NCBI GenBank assembly: GCA_021155085.1
Contig: JAJNQA010000021.1
Location: 2,875 to 66,874 of the forward strand
Length of the DNA: 64,000 nt
Reading direction: 5' to 3'
Source: Heliomicrobium sp.
GTDB taxonomy: Bacteria > Acidobacteriota > Blastocatellia > RBC074
Shown: in pieces, positions 1-9,537 of the stretch
How positions within the stretch are numbered: position 1 is the first letter of the stretch
How the letters are laid out: every line of letters starts with the position of its first letter
The notes under the pieces: generated by a model
Database searches by the model: none
The model's input: only the letters and a program-made list of their open reading frames with translations
What the model was told of the DNA's origin: nothing
Made by a program: the position numbers and the translations under genes

Positions 1-1
1 C

Positions 2-1027
2 AGCCCGGAAGAATTGCAGAAGATGTTTGACGATGACGGGCCGAATTCAATCTTTGTTCGCGAAGGCTATCTGCGCCGCGTCAAGATGGACGCGAAGGTC
101 AATGACGACGGTTGCAATGGCAAATTCGGCGAAGACGACGCGGGCGATGTCATCGCCGGCTACGCACCGGGCATGCCGCCCGAAGTTTTTGAACCGGGTG
201 TTGCGAAAAAGGTTCCCGCCGGAGCGACGCTGATTTTCCAGATTCATTACTCGAAAGTCGCCGGTTCCGTGCAAAAGGATCGTTCGTCCGTCGGGTTGAT
301 TTTCGCCAAAGAGCCGCCGCAAAAACGCATGATCAAACGCGGCATCGAAAATGTCTTTTTCAAAATTCCCGCCGGAGCCACCGCGCACAAGGCGACCGCC
401 TGCTGGCAGCCGAAAGAAGACGTCACCGTTTATTCGATGATGCCGCACATGCACTACCGCGGCGCGGCGATGGAATACAAGGCAACCTATCCCGACGGCA
501 AAACCGAAGTCCTGCTCAACGTGCCGAACTACGATTTCGGCTGGCAGACTAATTACGCGCTGGCCAAACCGAAGCTGATTCCGAAAGGCACGAAGATTCA
601 GGTCACGGCGACCTTCGACAATTCAGCGAAAAACAAAGCCAACCCCGACCCGGCCAAGGATGTGCGCTGGGGCGATCCGACATACGACGAAATGCTGATT
701 GGTTACATTGACTTCATCCCCGAACGCAAAGCCGTTGCGGGGATGGACGCCAAAGCACTGGCCGCCTTCGTCGGGCTGTATGACGCCGGATTGATGAAGA
801 TGAAGGTGGTTCAATCCGGTAACCAGCTTTTCGCTGAAATCGCCGGACAGCCCAGAATCGAACTGTTGCCCGAAGCCGAAAACAAATTCTTCATTCGCGA
901 GATTCAGAATTACGTGACCTTCAGCCGCAACGAAAAAGGCGAAGTCACGGAAGCCACGGTGGAAATGGGCAACCGCCCGATCAAAGCAAAAAAGAAGGTT
1001 GATGCTCCGGCTGGCAGCGGCAATTGA
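2..1027 (+). CDS. PHM/DBH-like copper type II monooxygenase domain protein, paralog 1. It is 5'-truncated by the window edge; the N-terminal part expected to carry the cytochrome c module lies outside the window.
   Basis: The reading frame is open back to base 2. The C-terminal region has MPHMHYRG (HxH CuM motif) and YDEMLIGY (Met ligand), and NYDFGWQTNY, colinear with paralog 2 downstream. Paralog 2 alignment shows the window begins just after the HH CuH position. Confidence 0.6.
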   Translation, partial: SPEELQKMFDDDGPNSIFVREGYLRRVKMDAKVNDDGCNGKFGEDDAGDVIAGYAPGMPPEVFEPGVAKKVPAGATLIFQIHYSKVAGSVQKDRSSVGLIFAKEPPQKRMIKRGIENVFFKIPAGATAHKATACWQPKEDVTVYSMMPHMHYRGAAMEYKATYPDGKTEVLLNVPNYDFGWQTNYALAKPKLIPKGTKIQVTATFDNSAKNKANPDPAKDVRWGDPTYDEMLIGYIDFIPERKAVAGMDAKALAAFVGLYDAGLMKMKVVQSGNQLFAEIAGQPRIELLPEAENKFFIREIQNYVTFSRNEKGEVTEATVEMGNRPIKAKKKVDAPAGSGN

Positions 1028-1213
1028 TCTTACTTTACAAAAGGCGCGAGAAAATCCGTGTAAAAGCGCAGGTTTTCTGCGCCTGGGTTGTATGTTGAAA
1101 TGTGAGTTCGATCCGGGGAATCAAGCAGGAACTGGCAATCAGCCAACGCACCCGTGAATTTCCGCAAGCACATCGCTTGCTCAAACCATAGCAAAGTGTT
1201 CAGAGGTGAATTG

Positions 1214-2476
1214 ATGAAAAAAGCGTCTACCATTTCCGCCGCGATGTTTCTGGCGGCTTTCTGTTTATTCAATCTGCCGGTCACGAACGCCGACAACGAA
1301 CCTAAATCACCGGCCAAAGAGGTTACTTTCAGCAAGGACATCGCGCCGCTCTTTTACAAAAGTTGCAGCGAATGCCATCGCGCGGGTGAAATCGGGCCCT
1401 TTTCAGTGATGAGCTTCAAGGAAGTTCGTCCGTGGGCGAAATCCATCAAGGAGCAGGTTGTCAGCAAGGAGATGCCTCCCTGGCACGCCGATCCAAATCA
1501 CGGTCAATGGATGAATGACCGCCGTTTGTCGCAGGCGGAAATTGACAAAATCATCGCCTGGGTGGATGGCGGCGCGAAAGAAGGCAATCCGAAAGACCTG
1601 CCGCCCGCACCGAAATTCGAGATGGGCTGGAACATCGGCAAACCCGATCAGACCTTTTCCATCCCGGAACAGAGCATTCCGGCGACCGGCGTCGTCGCTT
1701 ATCAATACGTCAAAGTGCCAACCAACTTCAGTGAAGACCGCTGGGTAACGGCGGCGGAAATCCGCTCGACGGGCCGCGAAGCGATGCATCACGTGATCGT
1801 CTTCATTCAGGATCCGAAAAATCCGACACGCACCGACGGCAACTTGCTGGCCGGTTTTGCTCCCGGCGAACAGCCAACCAAGTTTCCAGCCGGATTCGCC
1901 AAAAAGGTTCCGGCGGGAGCGACCCTGATGTTCCAGTTGCATTACACGCCGAACGGCAAGGAACTGAAGGATGTCACAACCATCGGCCTGAAGTACGCAA
2001 AGGAAGAACCCAGGCATCAGGTCCTGACGCGTCCCGTGCTCAACACCGGCTTCAAGATTCCCGCCGGCGCGACCAACCATGAAGTCAAAGCGTTTTACAC
2101 GTTCAGCGAAGACGCGCACATTGCCAGCTTCATGCCGCATATGCACCTGCGCGGCAAGGACTTTGAAATCAAGGCGCACTTTGCTGACGGCACATCGAAG
2201 ATTCTGCTCAGCGTGCCGAAGTACGATTTCAACTGGCAAACGTATTACGTGCCGAAAGAGCCTGTCGCCATTCCGAAAGGAACCAAGATCGAATGCACCG
2301 CGCATTACGACAATTCGGCGGGCAACAAATACAACCCCGACCCGACGAAAGACGTTCGCTGGGGCGATCAAACCTGGGAAGAGATGATGATCGGCTGGCT
2401 CAGCTATTACTATGAAGGAGCGAGCGCGGCCAAGCCGGCAGCGAAACCAGCGGCCGCAAGCAGCAGCGAGAAGTAG
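1214..2476 (+). CDS. Secreted cytochrome c (CxxCH) fused to a PHM/DBH-like copper type II monooxygenase core, paralog 2.
   Basis: ATG at 1214 is preceded by agaggtg and followed by a signal peptide MKKASTISAAMFLAAFCLFNLPVTNA. Heme motif CSECH is present. The CuH-like AMHHVIVF and QLHY motifs, the CuM-like MPHMHLRG (HxH) and the WEEMMIGW Met ligand are all intact. Confidence 0.7.
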   Translation: MKKASTISAAMFLAAFCLFNLPVTNADNEPKSPAKEVTFSKDIAPLFYKSCSECHRAGEIGPFSVMSFKEVRPWAKSIKEQVVSKEMPPWHADPNHGQWMNDRRLSQAEIDKIIAWVDGGAKEGNPKDLPPAPKFEMGWNIGKPDQTFSIPEQSIPATGVVAYQYVKVPTNFSEDRWVTAAEIRSTGREAMHHVIVFIQDPKNPTRTDGNLLAGFAPGEQPTKFPAGFAKKVPAGATLMFQLHYTPNGKELKDVTTIGLKYAKEEPRHQVLTRPVLNTGFKIPAGATNHEVKAFYTFSEDAHIASFMPHMHLRGKDFEIKAHFADGTSKILLSVPKYDFNWQTYYVPKEPVAIPKGTKIECTAHYDNSAGNKYNPDPTKDVRWGDQTWEEMMIGWLSYYYEGASAAKPAAKPAAASSSEK

Positions 2477-2691
2477 GTCAGGCCGCCTGCCTGACAGTAA
2501 AAGCTGAACTCCATTACTCGTAGGCCACGGATTGCTTCCCTAGCGATTCGTGGCCTATTCTGTTGCCGGAGGAAAAAAGCTTTGAGAAATACCAGGTTTG
2601 TTCAAGCCGTCGTCTGGGTCATCGTCATTTTGGTCGTTGCCGGACTTGTCTTGCCGATCATCGCGTCCATGTTCGGCCTTTTCTGAAAATT

Positions 2692-4056
2692 ATGAGAAGC
2701 GTTATGTTCAACCGCCGCCGTACAGCAATCGCCGCGCTGTTTGCCGTTTGCGCCTTCTTTCTTTCCGCTCGCACCGGCAGTTCGCATGATCCAATCACCA
2801 CCAAGGTGATGTTCAACAAGGAAGTCATCCGCATCTTGCAGCGCAATTGCCTGGGCTGCCACGCGCCGAACAAGATCAAAGCCGACATTCCGCTGACGAC
2901 TTACGAAGAAGCCAGGCCCTGGGCCAAAGCCATCAAGGAAGAAGTGCTGGAAAAACGGATGATGCCGTTTCAAGCCGTCAAAGGCTACGGCCGGTTCGAG
3001 CACGATTATGTCCTGCCGCAACGTGAGATTGAATTATTGGTTTCCTGGATCGAAGGCGGCGCGCCGCGCGGCGAAGCGAAAGATTATCCCAAAACCGAAG
3101 TGGCGCAATTGATCAAAGGCGAGACTTGGCCACTCGGCCAGCCGGATTTCATTCTACAGTGGGGCAACGACGCGCAACCCATTTCGAGTCTGAAACTAAA
3201 ACTGGAAAACGAAGCCAAGATCACTGCCGAAGACAATGTCGAAATTCGGTGCTTCGTTCTCCCGACCAAGTTCAAAACCGGCCGCTCGCTCAGCGCGATA
3301 GACTTTCGCCCCGGCGACGGCACGATTGTTCAGAGCGCGACATTCTCGATTTACGATCTTCCGCGCACACGAACGGGCAGAGCAATCGGCGACCCCGTGC
3401 TTCCGTGTGTGGCGGAAGCCAGTTCCAATCCGCTTGGAAGCTGGGTTCCCGGCCAAACCAGCAGTCATTTGCCCTCAAACACCGCGTATTGGCTTCCCGC
3501 CGGAGCAGATATTATTTTGAAAATTCACTACAGCAAGGGCGGAAATATCTCAGCGGACCGAAGTCAGTTGGCACTCTATTTTTCTAAAGAACCAATCAGC
3601 AAACTTGTTCGCTACACGCCGATTACTCCGCCTGAAACGACAATTCTGGCTAATGCGGAAAATCAGCGTGTCCAAACTTCAATGGTATTGAATAATGAGG
3701 CGGAAGCCGTCGCGATTCGTCCTTTGCTCTTCCCTTTCGCCAAATCCCTCGAAGCTACCGCCTATCGTCCGGATGGCTCTGTCGAAGTGTTGATCGTCGC
3801 CAGGCAATACCGCTACGACTGGCAACCAGCCTACCAATTCAGAAAACCGATCCCGCTTCCGAAAGGCACGCGCATTGAAGTGACGGCCTATTTCGACAAC
3901 TCCGACAACAATCGCAACAACCCGAACGATCCGCCGGTGGCGCTGCAATTTGCTGAACCGCTGTGCGAAATCGCGCTAGCGCAGGATGCCCAGCCCAAAG
4001 TCAGTTCCGTTTCCCGGGCCAGCCGCAAAAACCAACGAATCGAACCGCGTCCCTGA
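2692..4056 (+). CDS. Cytochrome c (CxxCH)/PHM-like domain protein, paralog 3, a degenerate copy lacking the Cu-ligand motifs.
   Basis: ATG at 2692 opens a signal peptide MRSVMFNRRRTAIAALFAVCAFFLSA. Heme motif CLGCH is present. The C-terminal domain is colinear with paralog 2, but HMHLRG is replaced by LLFPFAK and EEMMIG by EPLCEIA. Confidence 0.6.
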   Translation: MRSVMFNRRRTAIAALFAVCAFFLSARTGSSHDPITTKVMFNKEVIRILQRNCLGCHAPNKIKADIPLTTYEEARPWAKAIKEEVLEKRMMPFQAVKGYGRFEHDYVLPQREIELLVSWIEGGAPRGEAKDYPKTEVAQLIKGETWPLGQPDFILQWGNDAQPISSLKLKLENEAKITAEDNVEIRCFVLPTKFKTGRSLSAIDFRPGDGTIVQSATFSIYDLPRTRTGRAIGDPVLPCVAEASSNPLGSWVPGQTSSHLPSNTAYWLPAGADIILKIHYSKGGNISADRSQLALYFSKEPISKLVRYTPITPPETTILANAENQRVQTSMVLNNEAEAVAIRPLLFPFAKSLEATAYRPDGSVEVLIVARQYRYDWQPAYQFRKPIPLPKGTRIEVTAYFDNSDNNRNNPNDPPVALQFAEPLCEIALAQDAQPKVSSVSRASRKNQRIEPRP

Positions 4057-4168
4057 ACCAGTCCCTTTCTGGAAAGCAGAACGCGGAGGCCACAAATTCA
4101 TCAGGATCAAATCCGTTGAATCCGTAACATCCGCGTCGTCTGCGCTCTATTTGAGGATCCTGCTATTC

Positions 4169-6724
4169 CTATCGCAGGATCGGCGTGTCGCCGGTCTGAC
4201 CGTGCTGCTGGCTCAGCGTCGTGCCGTCCGTGCTGCGGAGGGCGTACCAGAATCCGGTGGACGAACGCCAGACCGCCACATCGGATTTTCCATCGCCGTC
4301 ATAATCGCTCGGCACCGGGATGTCGAAATACGGCGAGTAGGAAGCGCCCCAGGTCGCATCCAGCAACGAACCGTTCGAGCTGCGGATGCCGTACCACTTG
4401 CTGACATTGCCGCGCCAGATGGTCACGTCGGCTTTGCCGTCGCCGTCATAATCCGCCGGAACCGGCGTGTCGTTGTGCGGATCGTTGGAAGTTCCCCACA
4501 ACACCTGTTGCGTGGCCCCATCCGAGCTGCGTTTGATGTACCAGGCACTGGTGTTACCGCGCCAGACGGCAATGTCCGTCCGTCCGTCGCCGTCGTAATC
4601 CGCCGGAACCGGCGTATCGAAATACGGCGCGTACGAAGCGCCCCAGCTCACTTCCTGCGTGGTGCCGTTGGAGCTGAGCTTGATGTACCAGTTGGTATTC
4701 GATCCGCGCCAGACGGCAATATCCGTCTTGCCGTCGCCGTCGTAATCGCCCGGCACGGGCGTATCGCCAGACACACCCAAAGCTTCCACACGGATCGAGT
4801 TGTCCGAACTGTTAATGATGTACCAGTTGCCATCCAGCGGACGCCAGACTGCAACATCGGTTTTGCCATCGCCGTCGTAATCGCCCGTTGCGGGAACGTC
4901 GTTGTATGGCGCATAAGAAGCGCCCCACAATACTGTTCTCAAGATTCCATCCGAACTGTTGATGATCAGCCATTTGCTTTCATTCCCTCGCCAGACGGCC
5001 AGGTCGGCTTTGCCGTCGCCGTCGAAATCGTTTTTGATCGCGCGGAACTGCGAAACCACCTGCAGGAAGTAGCTCTTTTGCGCGATGCGGAACGACGAAT
5101 CCAGCACGCGGAAGGTGATCGGGAAAAGTCCCGTTTGCGTGGGTGTTCCGCTGATCACACCGGTGCTGGAATTCAGCAGCAGGCCATCCGGCAGCACGCC
5201 GCCAGTAATGCTCCAAATCAGCGGCGCCGTGCCGTTGACCGCCACCAGTGTTGCCGAATACGGAATCCCGATTTTCCCGAACGGCAGCGATTGCGTGGCA
5301 ATCACCAGTTCAGTGGAATCAGCGGTCACCGTTGTGCGCACGATGCGCGTGTTGTTCGATTCGTTCGGATCGTTGATCGAAGAATAGGTTTCGCCGATGT
5401 TGACGATTTCCGATCCCGAAGGCAGGGTTTCATCAACCTTCGCGACGATGACCACGGAGCGCGTGACCAGCAATCCGCTGGTTCCCGCCCAGGTGCAGTC
5501 CACGGTTCCGTTTTCGCCGACATCGGGCACAAAGCAACTGCCACCGCTGCTCGGCGTGGCGGAAACGTAGGTCAGACTCGTGGGCAAACTGTCACGGATG
5601 ACGACGTTGAACGCCGAATCAAACCCCTTGTTTTTGGAAGACAGCGTGTAAGTAATGTTCGTGCCGCGCACGACCGACAGCGCCGGATTCCCGGACATCG
5701 TCAGTTCCAAATCCGCGCCATCCGCCGCCAATGCCCGACAGGCATCCGGCGCAGCGCCGACCGGGATTTCCAGACGGACGCTGGCAGAAACTGCTTTTGA
5801 ATCGAAATTACGCGCGCCGGAAAATGACTGGCTGCGGTTGTTGGCATTCAAAACCGCGCCGACAAAACCACCTTCCCCGGCGGCATCTGAAAGCTCAATT
5901 TCTCCTGTTTGCCCGGATGGAATTGCGGCTTTGCTGTCCGGAAGAAGTTTGGCCAGCGGCGATTGCAACTGGCACGATTCCACCTTGGATTGGAAAGAAA
6001 CTTTGCTGCCGCCGCTATTGGAAACCAGGCCGGAAACCGCTTCGATTGGCGCGCCCTGCTTGGCCAAATTTCCGCCGATGCGATTGACGACCAGAATCGA
6101 ATCATTGCCGTCCGCGGGACTGGCTACCTTATCCAGCGTCAGCACTGCGGGAAGCTGGGCATAACCGGTAGTGCTGCCGTCAAAAACCAGCGCAGCGGAT
6201 TCCGCCGCCTTTTTCGTTCCCTGCAAAGTGCCTTCAAAATTCGCTTTTACAGCGAATGCGTTCAACGCGCCGCCGTGTCCATCCGCTGTTCTGACATCTT
6301 CTGAACCGGTCAGGTAGTTGAAGCCCAACGGTTGCCCGGTCGTTTTATCCACCGCGACGGCCACGGCATATCCGCTGCCTTTCGGATCATAATCCGATGC
6401 GCGGACTTTTACCGTTGCCCCGGCGGTTACGCACAAATAGGTGTCACTGACGCCGCAGCCAGGCTGACGGACGAAGAACAAATGAACCGTGGCCGCTTCT
6501 TTCGGGTTGGTGTTGGTGAGAGTGAGGGTGGTGTCAACGTCTTTTTGGGAGCTATCCGAGTTGTAAAAATTGTAGATCAGCACCGAACCAATTTGTTGTG
6601 TGCCGGGAAGAACCGGCGAGGGATCGGTTTTCTGAACTCGCTGTGCCATTGAACCTGCCAACGGCCAGGCTAATAAGACTGCTGAAAACAAACACAATAA
6701 TCGAACCAGAGTTGAGGATTTCAT
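4169..6724 (-). CDS. Secreted multidomain protein: N-terminal domain of unknown family, a DUF11-like conserved repeat region, and about seven C-terminal FG-GAP/VCBS-type repeats.
   Basis: ATG at 6724 has AGGAAGGAAG just upstream and opens a signal peptide MKSSTLVRLLCLFSAVLLAWPLAGSMA. It ends in DYDGDGKTD(V/I)AVWR...WYI..SSDG repeats with a ~47-aa period. The N-domain (IYNFYNSD...VHLFFV...CGVSDTYLC) is homologous to the 33608..34738 protein. Confidence 0.75.
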   Translation of the reverse strand: MKSSTLVRLLCLFSAVLLAWPLAGSMAQRVQKTDPSPVLPGTQQIGSVLIYNFYNSDSSQKDVDTTLTLTNTNPKEAATVHLFFVRQPGCGVSDTYLCVTAGATVKVRASDYDPKGSGYAVAVAVDKTTGQPLGFNYLTGSEDVRTADGHGGALNAFAVKANFEGTLQGTKKAAESAALVFDGSTTGYAQLPAVLTLDKVASPADGNDSILVVNRIGGNLAKQGAPIEAVSGLVSNSGGSKVSFQSKVESCQLQSPLAKLLPDSKAAIPSGQTGEIELSDAAGEGGFVGAVLNANNRSQSFSGARNFDSKAVSASVRLEIPVGAAPDACRALAADGADLELTMSGNPALSVVRGTNITYTLSSKNKGFDSAFNVVIRDSLPTSLTYVSATPSSGGSCFVPDVGENGTVDCTWAGTSGLLVTRSVVIVAKVDETLPSGSEIVNIGETYSSINDPNESNNTRIVRTTVTADSTELVIATQSLPFGKIGIPYSATLVAVNGTAPLIWSITGGVLPDGLLLNSSTGVISGTPTQTGLFPITFRVLDSSFRIAQKSYFLQVVSQFRAIKNDFDGDGKADLAVWRGNESKWLIINSSDGILRTVLWGASYAPYNDVPATGDYDGDGKTDVAVWRPLDGNWYIINSSDNSIRVEALGVSGDTPVPGDYDGDGKTDIAVWRGSNTNWYIKLSSNGTTQEVSWGASYAPYFDTPVPADYDGDGRTDIAVWRGNTSAWYIKRSSDGATQQVLWGTSNDPHNDTPVPADYDGDGKADVTIWRGNVSKWYGIRSSNGSLLDATWGASYSPYFDIPVPSDYDGDGKSDVAVWRSSTGFWYALRSTDGTTLSQQHGQTGDTPILR

Positions 6725-6938
6725 ACCTAACTTCCTTCCTACAAAAGTTGTGCAGTTTGATTTAGAAAAAGCTCTCAACGCGTCAGCGCTGAAAATTCGC
6801 CTATTGTTGGGACTTGAAACGTATTGGGAGAAAGGGCTGGCCCTTAGTGGCGGGTCTTACAAGTCGGGTTGCACAAGAGAGTTGGAATTAAGATTAAAGT
6901 CGCGGACTTCCATTTTCCGTTTGCCATTATTGATTTGC

Positions 6939-6974
6939 CATATGTCATTGAACGCTTCCCGCCAATGACATATG
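6939..6974. repeat. Perfect 12-bp inverted repeat (catatgtcattg / caatgacatatg) with a 12-bp spacer in an intergenic region.
   Basis: Read directly: the arms lie at 6939-6950 and 6963-6974. Confidence 0.6.
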
Positions 6975-7042
6975 ACAATTGAAAAATAACAACTGGAAAA
7001 TGAAAGAGCCACGACACGGTCAACGCTTTTGAGAAGGAATGC

Positions 7043-8260
7043 TCAGTACCACCGGACTTCGATTTCGTAATTATCCGCACCGCCCGATGAATCGCGAACG
7101 TGAATCACCGCGGTGTAATTGTTTCTGCGAGTGGGTTGTTCGACGATACGGACTTCGCCGCGTCCACGCCGTTTCTCGACGGTGACAGTCACCTCGCGAT
7201 TTGGCAGCGCGCCTGTAAAATCGGCGCGGACACTTTCCGCCGGACGGCCGGAAATCACGCGGTCGCGAACCGTCCGGTCACGGATTTCCAGCACGGTGAC
7301 ATCATCCACCCGCCCGCTCCAGGTCAGGCTCCCTGGACCGCCAATATTTCGATCACGGTCGCGCCCGTACTGATCACGGTCACGATCATAGCGGTCGCGG
7401 TCACGATTAAACCCGCCGCCCGCGCCGGCGTCACTGATCAGCCGCAGACGGAATCGCTGATTGGCTTCGCCGTTGCTGTTGTAAACCTGCATCCGACCGC
7501 CGTCGAACCGCGCGCTTGATGGTGAATCAAGCGACTTGTTACGTTGCGTGGTGAAGTAATATCCGTTATCCGGCCCCGGCTTAATCAGCCATAACTGATT
7601 GACGTCACCGCGATTTTGTCGGGTCAGCACAACTGAATCGCCATTTTCGCCACGCCCTTGAATGGTCATGACATCTCCGGTGCCTGCCAAGCGAACGTAA
7701 TAGAAGCCATTCCCAGCGTCTTCAATATCCCACTGCGAGAGCCGTCCAACGGTGGAATTTTGCACCACAGTCCGCTGGTCGTTCCCGGCGGACAGAAACC
7801 GGTTTGTGGCAACAAGCTGGATTTCATAGCGTCCCGCACGCAACACGCCAGACTGATTCCGGTCATCGTAGCGACGGTCGTCATAACGACGATCGTCGCG
7901 CCGGTCATCGCGCCGATCGTTGAGATTGTCCTCGAACTGCCAGCGCAAATTGTTGACGGTGTTGCGGCGAATATTAATCTGGCCTTCAAACGAGATCGCC
8001 CGCCAGGAGAAACGATCCGTGCTGACTCGCCCCCGTCCACGAATACCGCTTTCGGTTCGGCTGACATAATAGGTTTCAGCCGTCACAATCTGGACTTCGT
8101 AAGTGCGGCGCTCGGCTGCATTAATCTGTGTGACCAATTCGCGCTGAACCAGATCGCGGTCTTCGCGTCGGGCCGCTTGCACCTGGTTATTTTGAGCAAG
8201 CGTCACCCCCGTCAAGCCAATCAGCAGCAAAAGCATCATCAATAAATTTGTCTTTTTCAT
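7043..8260 (-). CDS. Secreted protein with a ricin-B-type beta-trefoil lectin domain and Arg/Asp-rich low-complexity repeats.
   Basis: ATG at 8260 follows an AGGAGG RBS and opens a signal peptide MKKTNLLMMLLLLIGLTGVTLA. QxW-type motifs (NQLWLI, NQRFRL) occur within a beta-trefoil-like region. DDRRDDRRDDRRYDDRRYDDR and RDRDRYDRDRDQYGRDRDR tracts are present. Confidence 0.55.
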   Translation of the reverse strand: MKKTNLLMMLLLLIGLTGVTLAQNNQVQAARREDRDLVQRELVTQINAAERRTYEVQIVTAETYYVSRTESGIRGRGRVSTDRFSWRAISFEGQINIRRNTVNNLRWQFEDNLNDRRDDRRDDRRYDDRRYDDRNQSGVLRAGRYEIQLVATNRFLSAGNDQRTVVQNSTVGRLSQWDIEDAGNGFYYVRLAGTGDVMTIQGRGENGDSVVLTRQNRGDVNQLWLIKPGPDNGYYFTTQRNKSLDSPSSARFDGGRMQVYNSNGEANQRFRLRLISDAGAGGGFNRDRDRYDRDRDQYGRDRDRNIGGPGSLTWSGRVDDVTVLEIRDRTVRDRVISGRPAESVRADFTGALPNREVTVTVEKRRGRGEVRIVEQPTRRNNYTAVIHVRDSSGGADNYEIEVRWY

Positions 8261-8291
8261 CGGTGACCTCCTAAAAAGTTCAATTCGTGGT

Positions 8292-8957
8292 TTATTCAAA
8301 CTGCTTCTTGAATTCGGCAAATTGTTGTTTCAAGTCTGTCAGTCCCTGCCGCAGTATGGCGACCTCTTCTTCCAGCTTTGCGACTCGCTCATTGCTGCCG
8401 CGCGAAGCCGAAGCTGTGGCATCGGCTTTTTCCATGGTCGCCGCAAGTTCCTCCACGTTGATGTCTCCGCCAAGCAGATGGGCGAAGCGCGATTCGCGCG
8501 AACCGGACTGTCGCGGCAGCTTGATGACCAGCGCCTGTTCACGCAAAGACAGGTTCTGCAAAGTCGTTTCAACTTCCGGCAGGTTTTCAAAATTGTGCAA
8601 ATGGGCCGTCCGCGAACGAAGTTCCCCCGGCGTTTGCGGGCCGCGCAATGCCAGCACAGTCATCACAGCCGTCTCGGCTTCATTCAATTCGTAGCCTTTC
8701 GAAAAAAGATGGCCGTATTTCGGCACGCGCGAATCCGAGCCATGAAAGGTGTAGGCCAGTTTCTTCTCGCGCAAACTATCCAGCGCACGCACCACTGTCG
8801 CTTCGTCGTAACTGACCACTGGATCGCGGTGGTTCTTTTGATTGCAGGCATTAACCAGCGCGTTCAACGTCATTGGGTAATAGTCTGGCGTCGCGATCTG
8901 CTTTTCGACCAGCGCGCCAATCACACGCAATTCATAATCATTTAAGATAACTGGCAA
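8292..8957 (-). CDS. YceH/DUF480 (UPF0502) family protein.
   Basis: The N-terminus LNDYELRVIGALVEKQIATPDYYPMTLNALVNACNQK matches the YceH N-terminus, and there is a C-terminal coiled coil. A TTG start at 8957 sits just downstream of an AAGGAGA RBS. Confidence 0.65.
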   Translation of the reverse strand: MPVILNDYELRVIGALVEKQIATPDYYPMTLNALVNACNQKNHRDPVVSYDEATVVRALDSLREKKLAYTFHGSDSRVPKYGHLFSKGYELNEAETAVMTVLALRGPQTPGELRSRTAHLHNFENLPEVETTLQNLSLREQALVIKLPRQSGSRESRFAHLLGGDINVEELAATMEKADATASASRGSNERVAKLEEEVAILRQGLTDLKQQFAEFKKQFE

Positions 8958-8976
8958 AACGAATCTCCTTATCCGC

Positions 8977-9513
8977 TTACAGCGCGCGCCGCTGCCGCCA
9001 GCGGCTCCAAAAAAGGATGGCCATAAACAACGGCACAAAAGTCAGTATTTCGTAATAGCTGACATCAAGCGCCTGTTCCAGAATTTCACCGAACGGCTGG
9101 AAGCCCGGCGCCGGAGTAAACTCGTAATAATTGAACAAGCCGAGCTTGAGCTTCTGTGACGAAAAAGGCCAGAGCAGCGCGGCTCCGCCGAACTCTTTCT
9201 TGGTCAGAAAATCCAGCAAGCCATGAGAGAGCGCGGCGGCAAAATAAATCGCGATTCCCCGCCGGGTGAAATTTCGCGCCAGCAATGCGCCCAGCATTCC
9301 CAGCGGAATCGCGAACAATATCGAATGCGAGATGCCGCCATGCAGGCGCTCGCTATATCCCAGCCCCCAGGCAAAAAACAGGTCAAAGTCCGGCGAGATG
9401 GCCAGCATCGCGCCCACCAGTAACGGCCACCAGTCAGCTCGCCACGAAAAAGCTTCACGCGAGGCAACAATGATGCTCGCGCCTGTCAAACCGTGAGCTA
9501 TCGGCAAAGGCAT
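8977..9513 (-). CDS. Membrane-bound metal-dependent hydrolase (YdjM/DUF457-like).
   Basis: Multi-TM protein with conserved His clusters (HGLTGASI, HGGISHS, LSHGLLDF). Confidence 0.55.
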   Translation of the reverse strand: MPLPIAHGLTGASIIVASREAFSWRADWWPLLVGAMLAISPDFDLFFAWGLGYSERLHGGISHSILFAIPLGMLGALLARNFTRRGIAIYFAAALSHGLLDFLTKKEFGGAALLWPFSSQKLKLGLFNYYEFTPAPGFQPFGEILEQALDVSYYEILTFVPLFMAILFWSRWRQRRAL

Positions 9514-9537
9514 AAAATCATTTTCAAAGTTCTGATT

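Noticed and set aside
1403-2371. 322-aa minus-strand ORF.
   Set aside because: It lies antisense to cytochrome c/PHM paralog 2, which has a clear signal peptide and heme and Cu motifs.
3986-5800. 604-aa plus-strand Arg-rich ORF.
   Set aside because: It lies antisense to the well-supported FG-GAP gene (4169..6724) and has extreme R/A/V/G composition with no domain features.
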